A stretch of 58,004 nucleotides of DNA, filler included, from Sphacelaria rigidula (lineage: Eukaryota): the NCBI GenBank assembly GCA_964200075.2. It is 9 parts of 9 records of this genome, joined end to end, with 100 filler letters (N's around TTAATTAATTAA, not from the genome) between each part and the next. Parts side by side here need not be neighbours in the genome. Positions count along the whole stretch, not along the records: positions 19,369 to 25,724 come from CAXNAA020020571.1; positions 25,825 to 32,180 come from CAXNAA020020572.1; positions 32,281 to 38,636 come from CAXNAA020020573.1; 6 more parts are not named here. One strand, 5' to 3'. The translations under genes and the position numbers were made by a program. Below the pieces are notes generated by a model. That model did no database searches. It saw only the letters and a program-made list of their open reading frames with translations, and was not told the DNA's origin. Below, piece after piece: positions 24,535-36,395 of this stretch. The stretch's first letter is position 1, and each line of letters starts with the position of its first letter.

Positions 24535-25659
24535 GTGCGAAATCGTTTGTGATTGTAGAGTGCCTGCTGACCCTGTTGTCTCACATGCCCACAGGGGTAT
24601 CTTTGATCGAGACATATGTATGTTCTTGCACCTGTATACGATCTGACAAGCTGCGCCTAGCAATCTTGTATACATCGGCTATAATGTTTCGACGGCTCAC
24701 CCTGACTCGGTTCGCTCCAAAACCACCCTCTTGGACAATATACTGTCGGTTTCGTCCTTGTTCTCGACATGAGCTCTCAGTGTCATTGCTCGTTTTGACT
24801 GCACGATGCATCAGGCGAAGAGACCACGGCTTTCAACCCTGCAGTCGCACACGTTGAGCACTGCAAACTACATCTCTGACATCTCAGACATTGCGGGAGA
24901 GTCGGACGTGGATTTAGGAGAGGTAAGGCGATTTTGGTTCCGAAGCAGTTAGCAGGGTAAAGTGCGTGACTGGCTCTACCGCTGGATCTGCAAAGCTATC
25001 ATAGTTTCCACTCATGCTTAGTGGGGAAATGCCTCGCAGAATGTTGTTGCCCCGAGGACGTCTCTGCACGCAGACACATTTGTGGAAATCATCAGTCGCT
25101 TTTCATGTATAGCCGAGACCGTAATGCGTACCAACCCCTCAGCCATAGGGGTTGGGACACAAGTCCCTTTTCGGCACTTCATAGCCTCGTCCTGCTTCTT
25201 AGTTAACGGAATCATCATTTCCTGGGGATATGTGCATGAGTCGTGCAAGCTCATGTACTGTGCGAGCTGGACCAGTGAAGAAACCGGTATCACTTCAGCA
25301 CAAAGTTACTCTTTCATTTTCCCGAACTGACCCGATAAACGTACATCGCTGTGCACTGCAGACCAGCCTGCTGACGCACACTTTGCCGTTCAAAAAAAAA
25401 AAAAACTGAAGTGCACATTGATGGCTTCAACCACGGAACCGGATTCTGTTGGAAGAAAACATACGTACGTGTCGGGATTTCGAACTCATTACCTTTCGCC
25501 TTTGTGACAGCCTTTACACCACTTAGACAACGGGGTGCAGCAATGTCACACAAAAAGTGGAAAACCGTACCCATCTTTGCAGGATTTTCAGCCGATATTT
25601 GACAAAAACCTTGTACTCAACGGTTGAAAAACCTCAAGGGAAGTTCTTACAGCATTTAA

Positions 25660-25724
25660 CAGCCTGGATTCGTTATTGAGGTTCAACATTTGAATGAGTT
25701 TCAACTCGAAAACAGTGCTTTCCC
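25660..25724. mobile_element. Left end of a second fold-back MITE copy
   Basis: TTAA|cagcctggattcgttattgaggttcaaca...tcaactcgaaaacagtgcttt matches 18564-18626; truncated by the contig end. Confidence 0.75.
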
Positions 25725-25824
25725 NNNNNNNNNNNNNNNNNNNNNNNNNNNNNNNNNNNNNNNNNNNNTTAATTAATTAANNNNNNNNNNNNNNNNNNNN
25801 NNNNNNNNNNNNNNNNNNNNNNNN
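25725..25824. other. Artificial contig linker
   Basis: N44-TTAATTAATTAA-N44. Confidence 0.98.
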
Positions 25825-25909
25825 TGTGTGACCCCGGCTGATGCGCCCAGATATACCGAAAGGTGTAGGCTGGCACCCAGAATAAATGGGACGACAACAC
25901 AACACACAC
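25825..25909 (+). mobile_element. SINE family A 3' end
   Basis: tgtgtgaccccggctgatgcgccca...gggacgacaacacaacacacac is the reverse complement of 6075-6160. Confidence 0.8.
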
Positions 25910-25926
25910 TGTGTATGATCCTGCAG

Positions 25927-26182
25927 GATCAGAGCGAACGTGAACTACGAAGCGCATCTTGTGCCGTCGTGGGACGCAGAAACGCGGCGGGTGCATATAG
26001 AACCGACGGACTATGCATTGCACTTGGCGAGAAAAACACCACATGGTGACATCAAACTCGGGCGCAACAGATTCGGCCTGCAGTACGCGAGCGGTTGGTG
26101 GTCGTGTCCTGATGGCGCTCCGTTCATCGGTCCGTCGAGCCGAATCCTCGGGCCCTCGCATGAAGCTCGAGGTTTAGACTAA
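25927..26182 (+). CDS. Possible terminal exon, unknown protein
   Basis: cctgcAG|G is followed by IRANVNYEAHLVPSWDAETRRVHIEPTDYALHL...GLQYASGWWSCPDGAPFIGPSSRILGPSHEARGLD*. Confidence 0.4.
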
Positions 26183-28480
26183 CCATAACACGTACAGGGC
26201 ACGTGTCAGTAAACGGCAGACACCACAACAACTGTACAATATCACCGAGCCCGCGTTGGCTCCCTGGTCCAAATTAAATGCTGAAGCGACAGAGCTCTAA
26301 AATAGTGATGAACTCTGGTCCGATCCGCGTCGACACCAACGGAGGCAACATCAACACCGACTCTATTTGTTCCCGCTAATATGCGCGTCTGCAGAGCTCA
26401 TAAGTCGGGGCCACGCGGAGCCCAAAACGCAAGGTGCCTACAGTAGTCTACTGGGCTCGGGGCAAAAGTGAACCTTCCTTAGATGAGCGAACGGATTGGC
26501 GGGCGCGGACGACGAAAATTGCGGCGCGCGGGGATGTTCATTTTCCTCTTGACCCGCATTCGATCGGTCGCACTTTTTTCAAATCCAGGACCAGTTAGTC
26601 ATCAGGGGATGCAAAGCATGTACCGTAGCGGAGGAGTGGCAACAAGGCCTTGGAAGCAGATGCTTCGAGAGTGCTTGCAATCGCAAGCACATCTTCACGG
26701 CCACAGTTAAAGGTTGAAAGCTGAAGAGCCTCTGGAGGTTGAATTATATCACATGATATGCGTCGGCACACGCACCAGGGTGGCGCCAACAAAAGTGGAG
26801 GGATTTTTGTGAGCTTTACGGTACATACTGATTTTCATCACCATGCTGTACTTCCTGGTGCGCAATGCCGGCGATGTACATTACACACTTGAGAATTCCT
26901 TTCGTGAAGATGTGTTCCTGGGAAAAGACAGATGTGTTTCATGTCCTGAGTTAAGATTAGCTACGGACATAAATTTGGACTGCTTCAGATGGGAAGGGCT
27001 TCTGGTCGGTACAACAACAGTACTGCGCTGTGTTGTACTGTTTTGCACAAGACGGGGCTGCCTGTGCTGTTGTTTATGCAGGACGGGGTCTTTTGTATTT
27101 TGTACCTTTCTAGTTCCCATGCAACAACTCGATAGAACCCGACACGAGTATGATATGCCGACAATGACAATGATGTATACAGCTTGTCGAGTGTTCCCCA
27201 ATTTCTGACAGTCACTACTGCAAGCTACCGTGATTGTCTCATCGTACCTCGCGAGTCCATTTAGTGAAAGGTGATCAATCAGGGTCCCAACGCGCACTTA
27301 CTGAAGTTAAATGTGGAGCATTTGATTTGAAGCCATGGTATCTCGCAAATCCATACATGTACAACTGCGCTTACCTTACCTCGGGTGCCGAAAGATGCAC
27401 GATTTCTTTGCTTCGATGACACAAGACACGGCCCCGTAAAAGCAGCGCGCAGTACAGCACAGCAACGCACAGCGAGCACCGTCTGTCGGTGCACCAGTTC
27501 AGTTCCCGCACTATTTTGGCACACGGATTCAAAAACTCTTTCGCTGTATAGATCATGGATAATAGTTATTATTCACTATTGATGCAGCCCCCTACCTGCA
27601 GCATCCATTTTCACGAATTTTCTTGCTGATGACAACTCGTAACTTTGCGCCTACTGCTGTGTACGAGGCCAGTCAACATGGAAGTGTGAGTACTTCAGGT
27701 GCTTGATGATCACGTAGATTCAAAATAAAAATGTGTTTGAGTGCTTAATTCATTCGCCATCAGCGATATCCTTTCAGCGTGCGACTAGTGCCAGAGCTTG
27801 AGAGAGCTGTGGCAGCGTCGATTGACAGTACGGTGTATAACACCCATAATATCCGAGCTTCCCACCTGGTTTTTTCGAATCTTGCTGTAGTCATGTCGTC
27901 GAAACTTGTACTTGCCGTATTAAGTCTGGATGTTATGATACATGATATCTTTTTGGTAATGAATTTCCTCGACTCTGTAAGATATCGAGGTTCAAAACTA
28001 TATCAAGAGGGGGTGTTATACCCCGTGTAGGGCGGTGCTGTACCGTACATTTGTACTGGCTCGCACAGCGGCTCTCGGAGCTACAAAAACCGCCCACTCA
28101 CCAATGATATTGGATAAAAGAACTGAATTGTACTATACAGGCTGGCTCAGGGTGAACGCCCGCATTCCAGTCCCCACGAGATGCAGAACGCAATAGCGGT
28201 CCAATTCACACCAATTTGGGAACGCATTGTCCTAGTAGGGGAGCAAGACGCTAAATTGTGTCTCGACCAATCAGGGGCCCTCAAATTATCCTGAAATTAG
28301 ATATGTGAATTCCCGACTCAATTTTCGCCCAATCTCAACAAACCTTTGTAACCGCTCATCAACTCAGAAAATCTTACACAATAAAACATATTTGAAACGG
28401 TTTTTGTGAGATTGAGTTGTACCCCAAAACGTGGTATTTCGGTGATGTGGGGTTTTGGCGTCGTCGGATTTCCACTGGTG

Positions 28481-28702
28481 AAATTCGACTTAATGGTGGA
28501 CGGGGGAAAGGGACTGCTGAACCCCTCTCGCGATGCAAAATAAAGGTCAAGCACCGCAAAAGGAAGGTGAAGCACTAAAACAAACAAGAAAGAAAAAACT
28601 CCTGTGTTGACCTTTGTCCTGCATGTCCCCGGCTGGTGCGCCCACATACTGTATACCAAAAAGGTGTAGAGCGGCGTCGAGAATGGATGGGACGACAACA
28701 CA
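28481..28702 (+). mobile_element. SINE family A, 5'-truncated copy
   Basis: aaattcgacttaa...gggaaagggactgctgaacccctctcgcga...ggatgggacgacaacaca matches the other copies. Confidence 0.8.
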
Positions 28703-29789
28703 TGATGCATCATAGACCTAGAAAGATTCTTGGCGTTTTCCCTCGTGACTTTCGTCCAAAAGCTCCGATCATCCTCGAACTTGGCGTTGGTAGATACCTT
28801 AAACAACAAGCGTCGGCTCGGAACAGTTTCAAAGGCTGACAGTCCGGAGACATTCGGGGGTTTCCAGTGGCTAGGAGAGGGTGGTTTTGAGGGCGGCGGG
28901 GATGTACTCATTTTTGAGGGGGGGGGGGGGGGGCTGTCCGTAGAGGAGTCGAAGAGCTCACCGAGTCAACCATGTGTATTTGGAAGTTTCCTGCGTAAAA
29001 TTATCAGCCGTCCACGAGGCCCGAGAAGCGGGGGAAGCCCATTCTGACCAATCGCAGTTGTCCAAATGAGCACGTTCGTTCGGTTCGGGTGGACTATATT
29101 GGACTTATTCGCTGTCTATCCCCACGACTCATTTTGGTCATGGAAAATCAACCATAGATTACATGGGTGCAAATAACTTGTTTTGCATTCTGCTCGTGGT
29201 CTACGCCGCCTGCCTGACCCCTCATGTACTGCCAGCATAGCTTCATATTGTCTGTTGTGTTCATGAGCACTATAATAGGCGGAGGCATCAGCAGCATGCA
29301 GTAAATTGTGTTCAGTGGAGAGCGATGGCACACTTGTACTGTCTCTTGCCGTTGTGTCCAGTGAAGACATACAGCACACATAGATACCGACTCTGCACGC
29401 AATTGACTGCAGGGTCAAAACTGGTCACGGATTCTCCGGTACTATTTTCTATATAGATAACAAATATCCACATGTTCATGAAAAAGGCGTTTTGTGTTGT
29501 AACGAAGGAATGATTCTGAACCCAAAAAGTGGCATAGTCCAACTCAATCCATCTGCGGGGGGGTCGATGTCAAAAACAATTAAATGGGGAGGGGGGGGAA
29601 ATCATTGAAGAATATTTCGACGCTTACCCACTCTACTCCGGCTTCCGGGGGTCCCAGCGTGAAGACCCACGAAAGGCCAGTTCGGATTGCTTCAAAACCA
29701 AAAGTTTCAATTTGACTCGTCCCGAGGTAGTCCAGGGAACTTTTGGACAAATTTTCGTTGCGTAACTCGGAAAAGTAATCCCCAACAAG

Positions 29790-30650
29790 CGCAGAAGGAA
29801 ATGGTCGATAGCATACTAAAACAAGTAAATAGGGGGCTCCGAGTACATCTGTATACTTCAACGCACAGACGGATGATTGTTCGCGTCTTATATGGAGTTA
29901 GACCCTGAATTTTCACACAGGTACTCTGAGATATTCAGAAGGGCTTCGTGAATGGTATCTTTCGATCTCAATCTTTTTTCGCCAGACATCAGGGATCCCA
30001 GGAGGCGGGATCTCAATTTGGAGGGAGCCCTCTATTGTATGACCCAGTAACCTACAAATCCATATATATCTTTTAGTTTTTTTCAAATCCCGGCGGGAGG
30101 TGCTGATAGGTTTGCGTCGATAAATTTCCGTCCCAAACATCGATAATCTCGTGTAGTTCCGGCGATTTAAGCTCAAGCGCACAAGGAAAACGTCGGTAGC
30201 ATACTACAATCAACTAACTAGGGGGGTTCCGCCACATCGGTATACTTCAACGCACAATGGCCAATTGCTCGCGCCCTTTTCTGGAGCTAGACCCTGAAAT
30301 TTTGCATTCGGGTGCTCTGAGATATTCAAGACGGTTGTATGAATAGGGCCTTTCAAGAGTCTTTATTTTTCAGTAGATATCCGGGGTCCCAGGAGGGGGG
30401 GTGACCATGAAATTTTTCATAATTGTGGCCTTTAAGCTATTTAGAAGGGTTGTGTGAATAGGGTATTTCGACTTCTTCTTTTCACCATGTATCCGGGGTA
30501 CGAGGAGGGGGTTCAAACCCTCGTGGGACCCCGGATATATGGTGAAAAAACAAACAACTCTAAAGACCCTTTTCATAGAGCCTTTCTAAATATCTCAGAG
30601 CATCCGTATGCAAAATTTCAGGGTCTAACTCCAAAACACGGCGTGAGCAG
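29790..30650. repeat. Cluster of direct and inverted copies of a MITE-like motif
   Basis: 29790-29960 is directly repeated at 30185-30350 (tagcatacta...tatacttcaacgcaca...agaccctgaa...ctctgagatattca). An inverted copy lies at 30570-30650. The same motif forms the TIRs at 31893-32172. Confidence 0.7.
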
Positions 30651-30776
30651 TCGCTGGGGAGTAAATTTCGGTCGTTCACCCTGAACCAGCCTGTACTGCA
30701 CCGCACCATACTGTACCATAGTCCATTTCAACAACCATGAACATGATTTCCTGGATGCTCTATTACCCTACCTCAG

Positions 30777-30978
30777 TATAGCATACGACCGGCTCGTGTT
30801 AGACTTCGAGGCACTGGAGTGTGTACGGGCACGGCGTCAAGAGCGAAAAGGCGGCGGGACAGAAAAGGAGCCTCCAGACCCCGACCACACAGATGACAAC
30901 AGCGGAGCCATTGCTGCAGAGGCTGCTGCAGAGCGATATTTGTCGGCAACATCCACCGGGGAGCAAACCAGGGAGTCG
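30777..30978 (+). CDS. Possible exon, unknown protein
   Basis: ccctacctcAG|T...GTCG|GTGAGA; frame reads IAYDRLVLDFEALECVRARRQERKGGGTEKEPPDPDHTDD...EAAAERYLS. Confidence 0.4.
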
Positions 30979-31399
30979 GTGAGAATGGCGTGTGTGGTCG
31001 TCCTTGCGATGCCACTATCTGTACGGTAGAGTAGTTGTGTGGTTGGATTTCGTGCATATGTTCTTGCCGGATTCGGTTGAGGGTACCCTGAGGCTGGAAT
31101 TTCGTACACCTGTCAATCCCCTCTGGGGGGAAAAATGAGCTCTTGAACACTCAGGAGGTGAAGAGGAAAACACCACGGAATGAAATACTCTGGAGCATTT
31201 GACACCCACACTGGAACGAGTACTACGTTGAAGTGAGGGGAGGAGTGATAGAGGAGCTGGTGAACGATAGCGCACACACTGGGCTTTTACAGTGGACCAC
31301 AGGTCAAGTGGATCTTGGACCTTGTATCTTTTCACCAAACAAGAAAAACAAGTGTAAGGCCACTTCTTACAGCCGACAAGAACATAAATCTGGAAAAGT

Positions 31400-31795
31400 G
31401 TATTTTTGAAGCTTTTACGTCGTTTTACGCCCTAATAGAGAGCTAGGCGAATTTTGACACATTGGAAGCCTTGCTGTACTCGTTGGGACGATTCCAGCAC
31501 ACCTGTGCGTTTTTCCGGTGGTCGCAATTTTTTCTGCCAGCCTTCCCTTTTTCTCGGAGACGGCTCATATTTGTCGGAGACCGGTCAAGTCCAGAAAAAA
31601 TATGTCCAGAAATCCCCTGGAAAAAATTCTGGACTTGATCGGTCTCAGATAAATGCAAGTTTGGGGAAGAAAAAAACTGCGGCTATCGGAAAACGCACAG
31701 GTGTGCTGGAACCGTGTCAACAGGTCACGCTAAGGTGTTCATATCCGCCTAGCTATCATTCAGGGCGTAACACGACGTAGAAGCTCCGAAAATGC
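31400..31795. mobile_element. Fold-back element (~400 bp)
   Basis: agcttttacgtcgttttacgccct...ttccagcacacctgtgcgttttt...gagaccggtcaagtccagaa pairs with ttctggacttgatcggtctc...aaaacgcacaggtgtgctggaa...agggcgtaacacgacgtagaagct. Confidence 0.75.
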
Positions 31796-31892
31796 CGGTT
31801 TGCTTCCTGTCTCGAGAAAAACGTGACGAACAAATTACAGCTGTCTTATACAGACTGGTTCACGTTTATCACCCGAAAAACACTCATCGGCA

Positions 31893-32172
31893 AAACCTCA
31901 CGCCGTTTTGAGGGGTTAGACCCTGAAATTTTGCACGAATATTTTATGGGTAATAACGCAACTTCCGAAGGTCGAGGTTTTTCTACTTTTTCACCTTTTT
32001 CACCGTTTTTCGGGGGTCCCAGTTTTGGGGAGGTAACCTCGACCCAATCGGACCCCCGTAAAACGGAAACAGCAAGAAAAAAAAAAAACTCGTGCATCCA
32101 CAGTTGCGCTATGTCCCAAAGCACAGTTGTGCAAAATTTCAGTTTCTAACTCCTTAAAACGGCGTGAGGTTT
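31893..32172. mobile_element. MITE with ~45-bp TIRs
   Basis: aaacctcacgccgttttgaggggttagaccctgaaattttgcac pairs with gtgcaaaatttcagtttctaactccttaaaacggcgtgaggttt. Confidence 0.7.
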
Positions 32173-32180
32173 GTGGCCTT

Positions 32181-32280
32181 NNNNNNNNNNNNNNNNNNNN
32201 NNNNNNNNNNNNNNNNNNNNNNNNTTAATTAATTAANNNNNNNNNNNNNNNNNNNNNNNNNNNNNNNNNNNNNNNNNNNN
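32181..32280. other. Artificial contig linker
   Basis: N44-TTAATTAATTAA-N44. Confidence 0.98.
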
Positions 32281-32342
32281 TTTTCTTCACTTGAAATTGA
32301 TGCCGATTCAACAGAAGACTAACCTCGCGGTCTAAGGGTTAA

Positions 32343-32663
32343 CTGTGGAATATGTCACTCGTCGGACGAGCACGAGTGTGACTCGTGGCACTCGCACTCG
32401 TTGGACTTGTCGTTGGCCATAAATGTTAATAGGGCGAGCACTCGAGTCATTGCTCGTTGTGGACAAAATTAATATCGCGAGCACTCGAGTCGTTTCTCGT
32501 TGTGGACAAAATTAATAACACGAGCACTGGAGTCAGTGCTTGTTGTGGGAAAAAATCAAAAGGGCGAGCACTCGAGTCATTGCTCGTCGTGGAAAGAAAG
32601 TAATAGGGCGAGCACTCGAGTCATCGCTCGTTGTGAAAAAAATGAATAGGTACGCCCCACTAG
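32343..32663. repeat. TTAA-flanked 321-bp element containing five ~43-bp hairpin tandem units
   Basis: TTAA|CTGTGG...CCACTAG|TTAA. Units GCGAGCACTCGAGTCATTGCTCGTTGTGG plus an A-rich linker span ~32434-32650, with decayed units upstream. Confidence 0.7.
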
Positions 32664-34262
32664 TTAATGAACCCTTAGGCCGCCAGGGTGGATACATAAC
32701 TTGGGTCTGACAGTAAACGTAATTTTGACGTGGAAATGGTTATGCTGATTCAATAGATGACCCCCCGTCAAAGGGCTGAAAACCACCTCAGTTTAGCGTG
32801 GCCGCAGTAAGCACCCACGTTAATCCGAATGGTACATATAGACGACCTGTAGCCGCAGATATCCCAAGATGTCTCTGTATACCTGTTTTTAGCATACTTC
32901 AATTGTTTTGCGGCTGTGAACTGGCTGCTCTGGCCAGTTGAGTTCAAACTGGTCGCGCCAGCGACCAGCACATCGATTGTTTTCCAGTTAATCGGCTGCC
33001 AACGGCCTCCCCCCCCCGGCTGGTGAGGGAGCCCCGCGGGACCGCTGCCGGAGGCGAGGAAAATTGCGTCATTTGGCTTGTTTTTCCTTCAAAAATGTGG
33101 AAAATTGTGGAAAATGTGACCCCCCACATTGAGGAGCTTAAGGTCTTAGATGACACAGGAGTGCACCGAAAAAACTCCGAGGCCTCATGTACCCCCTTCC
33201 ACCCCCGCCTCCCTCCGGCGGTCGTAAGATTTTTCCTTTTTCACATGAAGAAACACTCAATGAAAAGCCATTTTGGGGCGACGCGTTGGTGAGGTAGCGC
33301 CCATAGTTGCTGACCCTATCTGCCACCAAGATGCGACGCACATTGGACGCAAATTGATGGTGCAGGTAGATGCGTTTAGCTTGATTCAGCAAGCATGGTG
33401 GTATTTGTCTGGTCTTATTCTTGTCGGGGAAGTGTGATGTGCAATGTATTGCCGAAACCCATAAATACAACTTGGCCTTACTTGACTCCGAAGGTATGCG
33501 AAGAATTACAGCTTCATTCACACGAATTTCATTTCTTGATATACTTTTCAGTCTTTTTTTTTACTTCATGTATGGGATTTATTAACCCCCCCCGCTCCCT
33601 CTACCCCCGAAAAACTTCAGGATTAAAAAAAGGGGCATAGGGTCTCGAATTGTTTCTTTGGGCACTCGCGGATGACGTTCAAATCCCATTCAAAGCGGTG
33701 AGCGATTCGAAAACCATTTATCTGAAATATACAGCAGCAGACTCTCCGTGAGGAGAGTAGGATGCAAAAGAGCCAAGGCTGGCAGCACGCGGGGATTAGA
33801 GCGCAAAATGATACACCTCCGGACCCACGAGCACGCATGCACTTGAATTGCAAGCCGTGGTGTGCTTCGTATTTTTGGTTGCGGATTACCGTTTGCTTGC
33901 TATTTTTGATTCCAGATGTCATGCTATGAAACGACAAACCTGGCGTATATCCGCAAGATCACTTCGAGGCGTAGTGACCACGAGTACTGTACTGTACTGT
34001 CTGTACCTGTACTATTGTCAGGTGCAGACCCCAATCCTGTTGTCATTTTGTTCGTAGTCATGTAAGCATCTTTGTTATGAACTCACTATACTAAAAATGG
34101 TATAAACATAGTCGGTAACGGCAAACTTCAAATTAACTGGATAAACTGAAGTCCTCATCACCAGTTTCAACTAACTGCCAGTACAAAGTGGTCCAGTTCA
34201 CAGCTTTATCAATTGCTGACCATCTTGCAACATTGTTGTGCAAGCTAAGAATCGGCCGGCGG

Positions 34263-34275
34263 ACACACACACACA

Positions 34276-34354
<79 letters not shown>
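34263..34354. repeat. (CA)n microsatellite
   Basis: Near-perfect dinucleotide run. Confidence 0.97.
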
Positions 34355-34356
<2 letters not shown>

Positions 34357-34359
<3 letters not shown>

Positions 34360-34534
34360 TATATGGGAAGACCTAGTGAAACGAAGAAATAAAGATTTCG
34401 ATGGCGGGATGAAACAAATGTGGGTAGGGATAAAAGAGGGATTATGGGAAACCAGGCACAATAAAAAAGGGATGATGGGAAACCAGGCAGGAAAGATTGA
34501 CAACGGGATAGCCACGCTACGAGCACAGCACGGG
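34357..34534 (+). mobile_element. Small LINE ORF2 fragment (endonuclease-RT linker)
   Basis: GIWEDLVKRRNKDFDGGMKQMWVGIK...GIATLRAQHG has the W....N.......W..I...I..L...G pattern of LINE ORF2 upstream of RT. Confidence 0.5.
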
Positions 34535-34666
34535 TATTTGAATAGTCATCTACATTTTTCCCCACATTGTCATGTCCGTTGTTGTTCCGTTCGTGTTTCA
34601 CTTTCTCTCTCTGTTGCCTTATGTGTTTTCCTCTGGCACGTGCTTTTTTTTTTTTTTTGAAAATAG

Positions 34667-34783
34667 GGACATCAAAACACCAGCAGCAGTTTCCTGCGAG
34701 CAAGCCTAGGGGCGGAAGAGGGACTTGTGTTCGGAGGCAGCGATGACAGCAAGCTCTGCATCTGGCATCGTCAAGGAGGCCAG
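34667..34783 (+). CDS. Exon of a WD40-repeat protein (resembles the WDR26/GID7 C-terminal blades)
   Basis: Poly-T tract and gaaaatAG|GGA...CAG|GTGAGG define a 117-nt phase 0-0 exon. It reads GHQNTSSSFLRASLGAEEGLVFGGSDDSKLCIWHRQGGQ, a GH...GS.D..L.IW WD40 signature. Confidence 0.8.
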
Positions 34784-35919
34784 GTGAGGTGATGTGCGGC
34801 TTCTAGGAAGCCTTTTCGGCTGACCTCTTGAAGTGTCAACAGACAAGATAACTGTATCCGGTAGTCATTGCCAAATGAGCATTTGATCACGATCCAACAC
34901 ATGGACGGAAATACAACTGTGGGCGTTCTCGGGGTTAACCCCGTGACCACCGGACGTCATTTCAGAACAATATCTCGAGCTGACATAATATAATTTTTCG
35001 GGACCGGTGCTAGATCTACCTGACGTTTTTTCTTTATTTTTTCCTCTTCCCTTACTTTTCTCTTTCCCTTACTCTTTCCTTTTGCCGTGTGCAGTTTTAC
35101 TCGGTCGCCTTTCGTTATTCCTTTCTCCTCCTTGTCTTTTTTTTGTATCTTTTGTTCCCCGAGCTTTCTTGATCGAGTGTTTCTTTTTTTCATGTGTGGA
35201 TTATGTTCACGTCGTGGCCACGGCTGTATCCGATGGTCGGTCGGTCAAGGTGCGACGATCAATCAATATATCGAGTATCATTTCATCAATTGACCATTTA
35301 ATTTTGAAGGTTTGGCGTCTACCTAAAATGGTTGTGCGCGGTAGGATACGTGACAGCAGTGTGACGCGGAGCGTGACAGTACAGAGCAGTATTGTGTACG
35401 GTGCCTCTCTTTTTATTCGGCCACGGTGCCTTTACGGCACCGTCAACAGTTGATGAACGTGCTGCGCTGTACGCCGAGAATGTGTCTACGCTCCTAGTTG
35501 ATACGTTGCAGTAAAGCACAGTATGTCATGATCCAATTCAGCGCGGTAGAATGTGTTATTTTCTCGTACAGGGCAAAGTAGGCCACGACACAAACTGTAC
35601 GTCACGGGGCATGCAGCACGTGCAAGTTTAGAACCATGTAATACCGACAGCGCAATGAATCGAACGTACGTACCGTAGTCAGTGCTAGACCGTTTTTTAT
35701 TGCTCATGTATGCAAAATTCAATTGTGTATCAGGACCGCGCCCCGGTGTTGTAAATGAAAAATGATGCAACACCAAACTGGTTATTAGGCAGATGGGAGG
35801 GGGGGGGGGTTCGACCCCCAGCAGATGCAATTCTGAAACCTTTTTTCATCATCCAATCATTATGTGGTTATTCCGTCGCTGGAAACATGGTGATTTAACT
35901 AGTAGAATGGATTATGACG

Positions 35920-36050
35920 AAAGTTGACGCAGTGCGGCGGTGCTGGGCCAACCCGCGATACATTACCAAGATGTGTACCAGAGGAGAGACGAGCTTGTCC
36001 GTTGAGACTGCGGGTTCGTTCTGAGGAAGGGGAGGGGTTCGAAGCATGAC
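35920..36050 (+). mobile_element. Diverged SINE family B 3' fragment
   Basis: agttgacgcagtgcgg...gtgtacc...ctgaggaaggggaggggttcgaag matches family B. Confidence 0.6.
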
Positions 36051-36395
36051 GGAATTTGTTGTAACCCTTTCGGAACTCGCGGAAAACATAATGAAGTTCC
36101 TATGTGCGAGCTTTCGTCACCGGGGAAACGTCACTTCGAGTTGGGTGCACGAATCTGTCACATTAGTAGACTTGAACTTGGAGTGGTGCACCTTTTTGAT
36201 TGAATGCATCATCAAAATTTGCAGAAAAATAAATAATGTCTTGACCAGGAAAACGTCGAATGTAAACCGTCATTTTTCCATCAACGGTTCCAAAAGGATT
36301 GAAAAAAACCCCAGCCTTTTCCATCTCGCCGGGAGGTCACGTATCATCCGCCGGTCTCTAGTGTGTATGATGGTCCTTGATTGATCGGTTAGGAA

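Noticed and set aside
26800..27005. Hydrophobic peptide vaguely like the polycystin-2 first TM (LRYILIFITMLYFLVRN)
   Set aside because: In-frame stop just upstream, no clear acceptor, and similarity too weak.
32434..32650. CRISPR array
   Set aside because: Linkers are only ~15 bp, A-rich and mutually similar; no cas genes; eukaryotic context. Kept as a tandem array.
34957..35193. Lys-rich ORF
   Set aside because: Reverse reading of a T/C-rich low-complexity tract.
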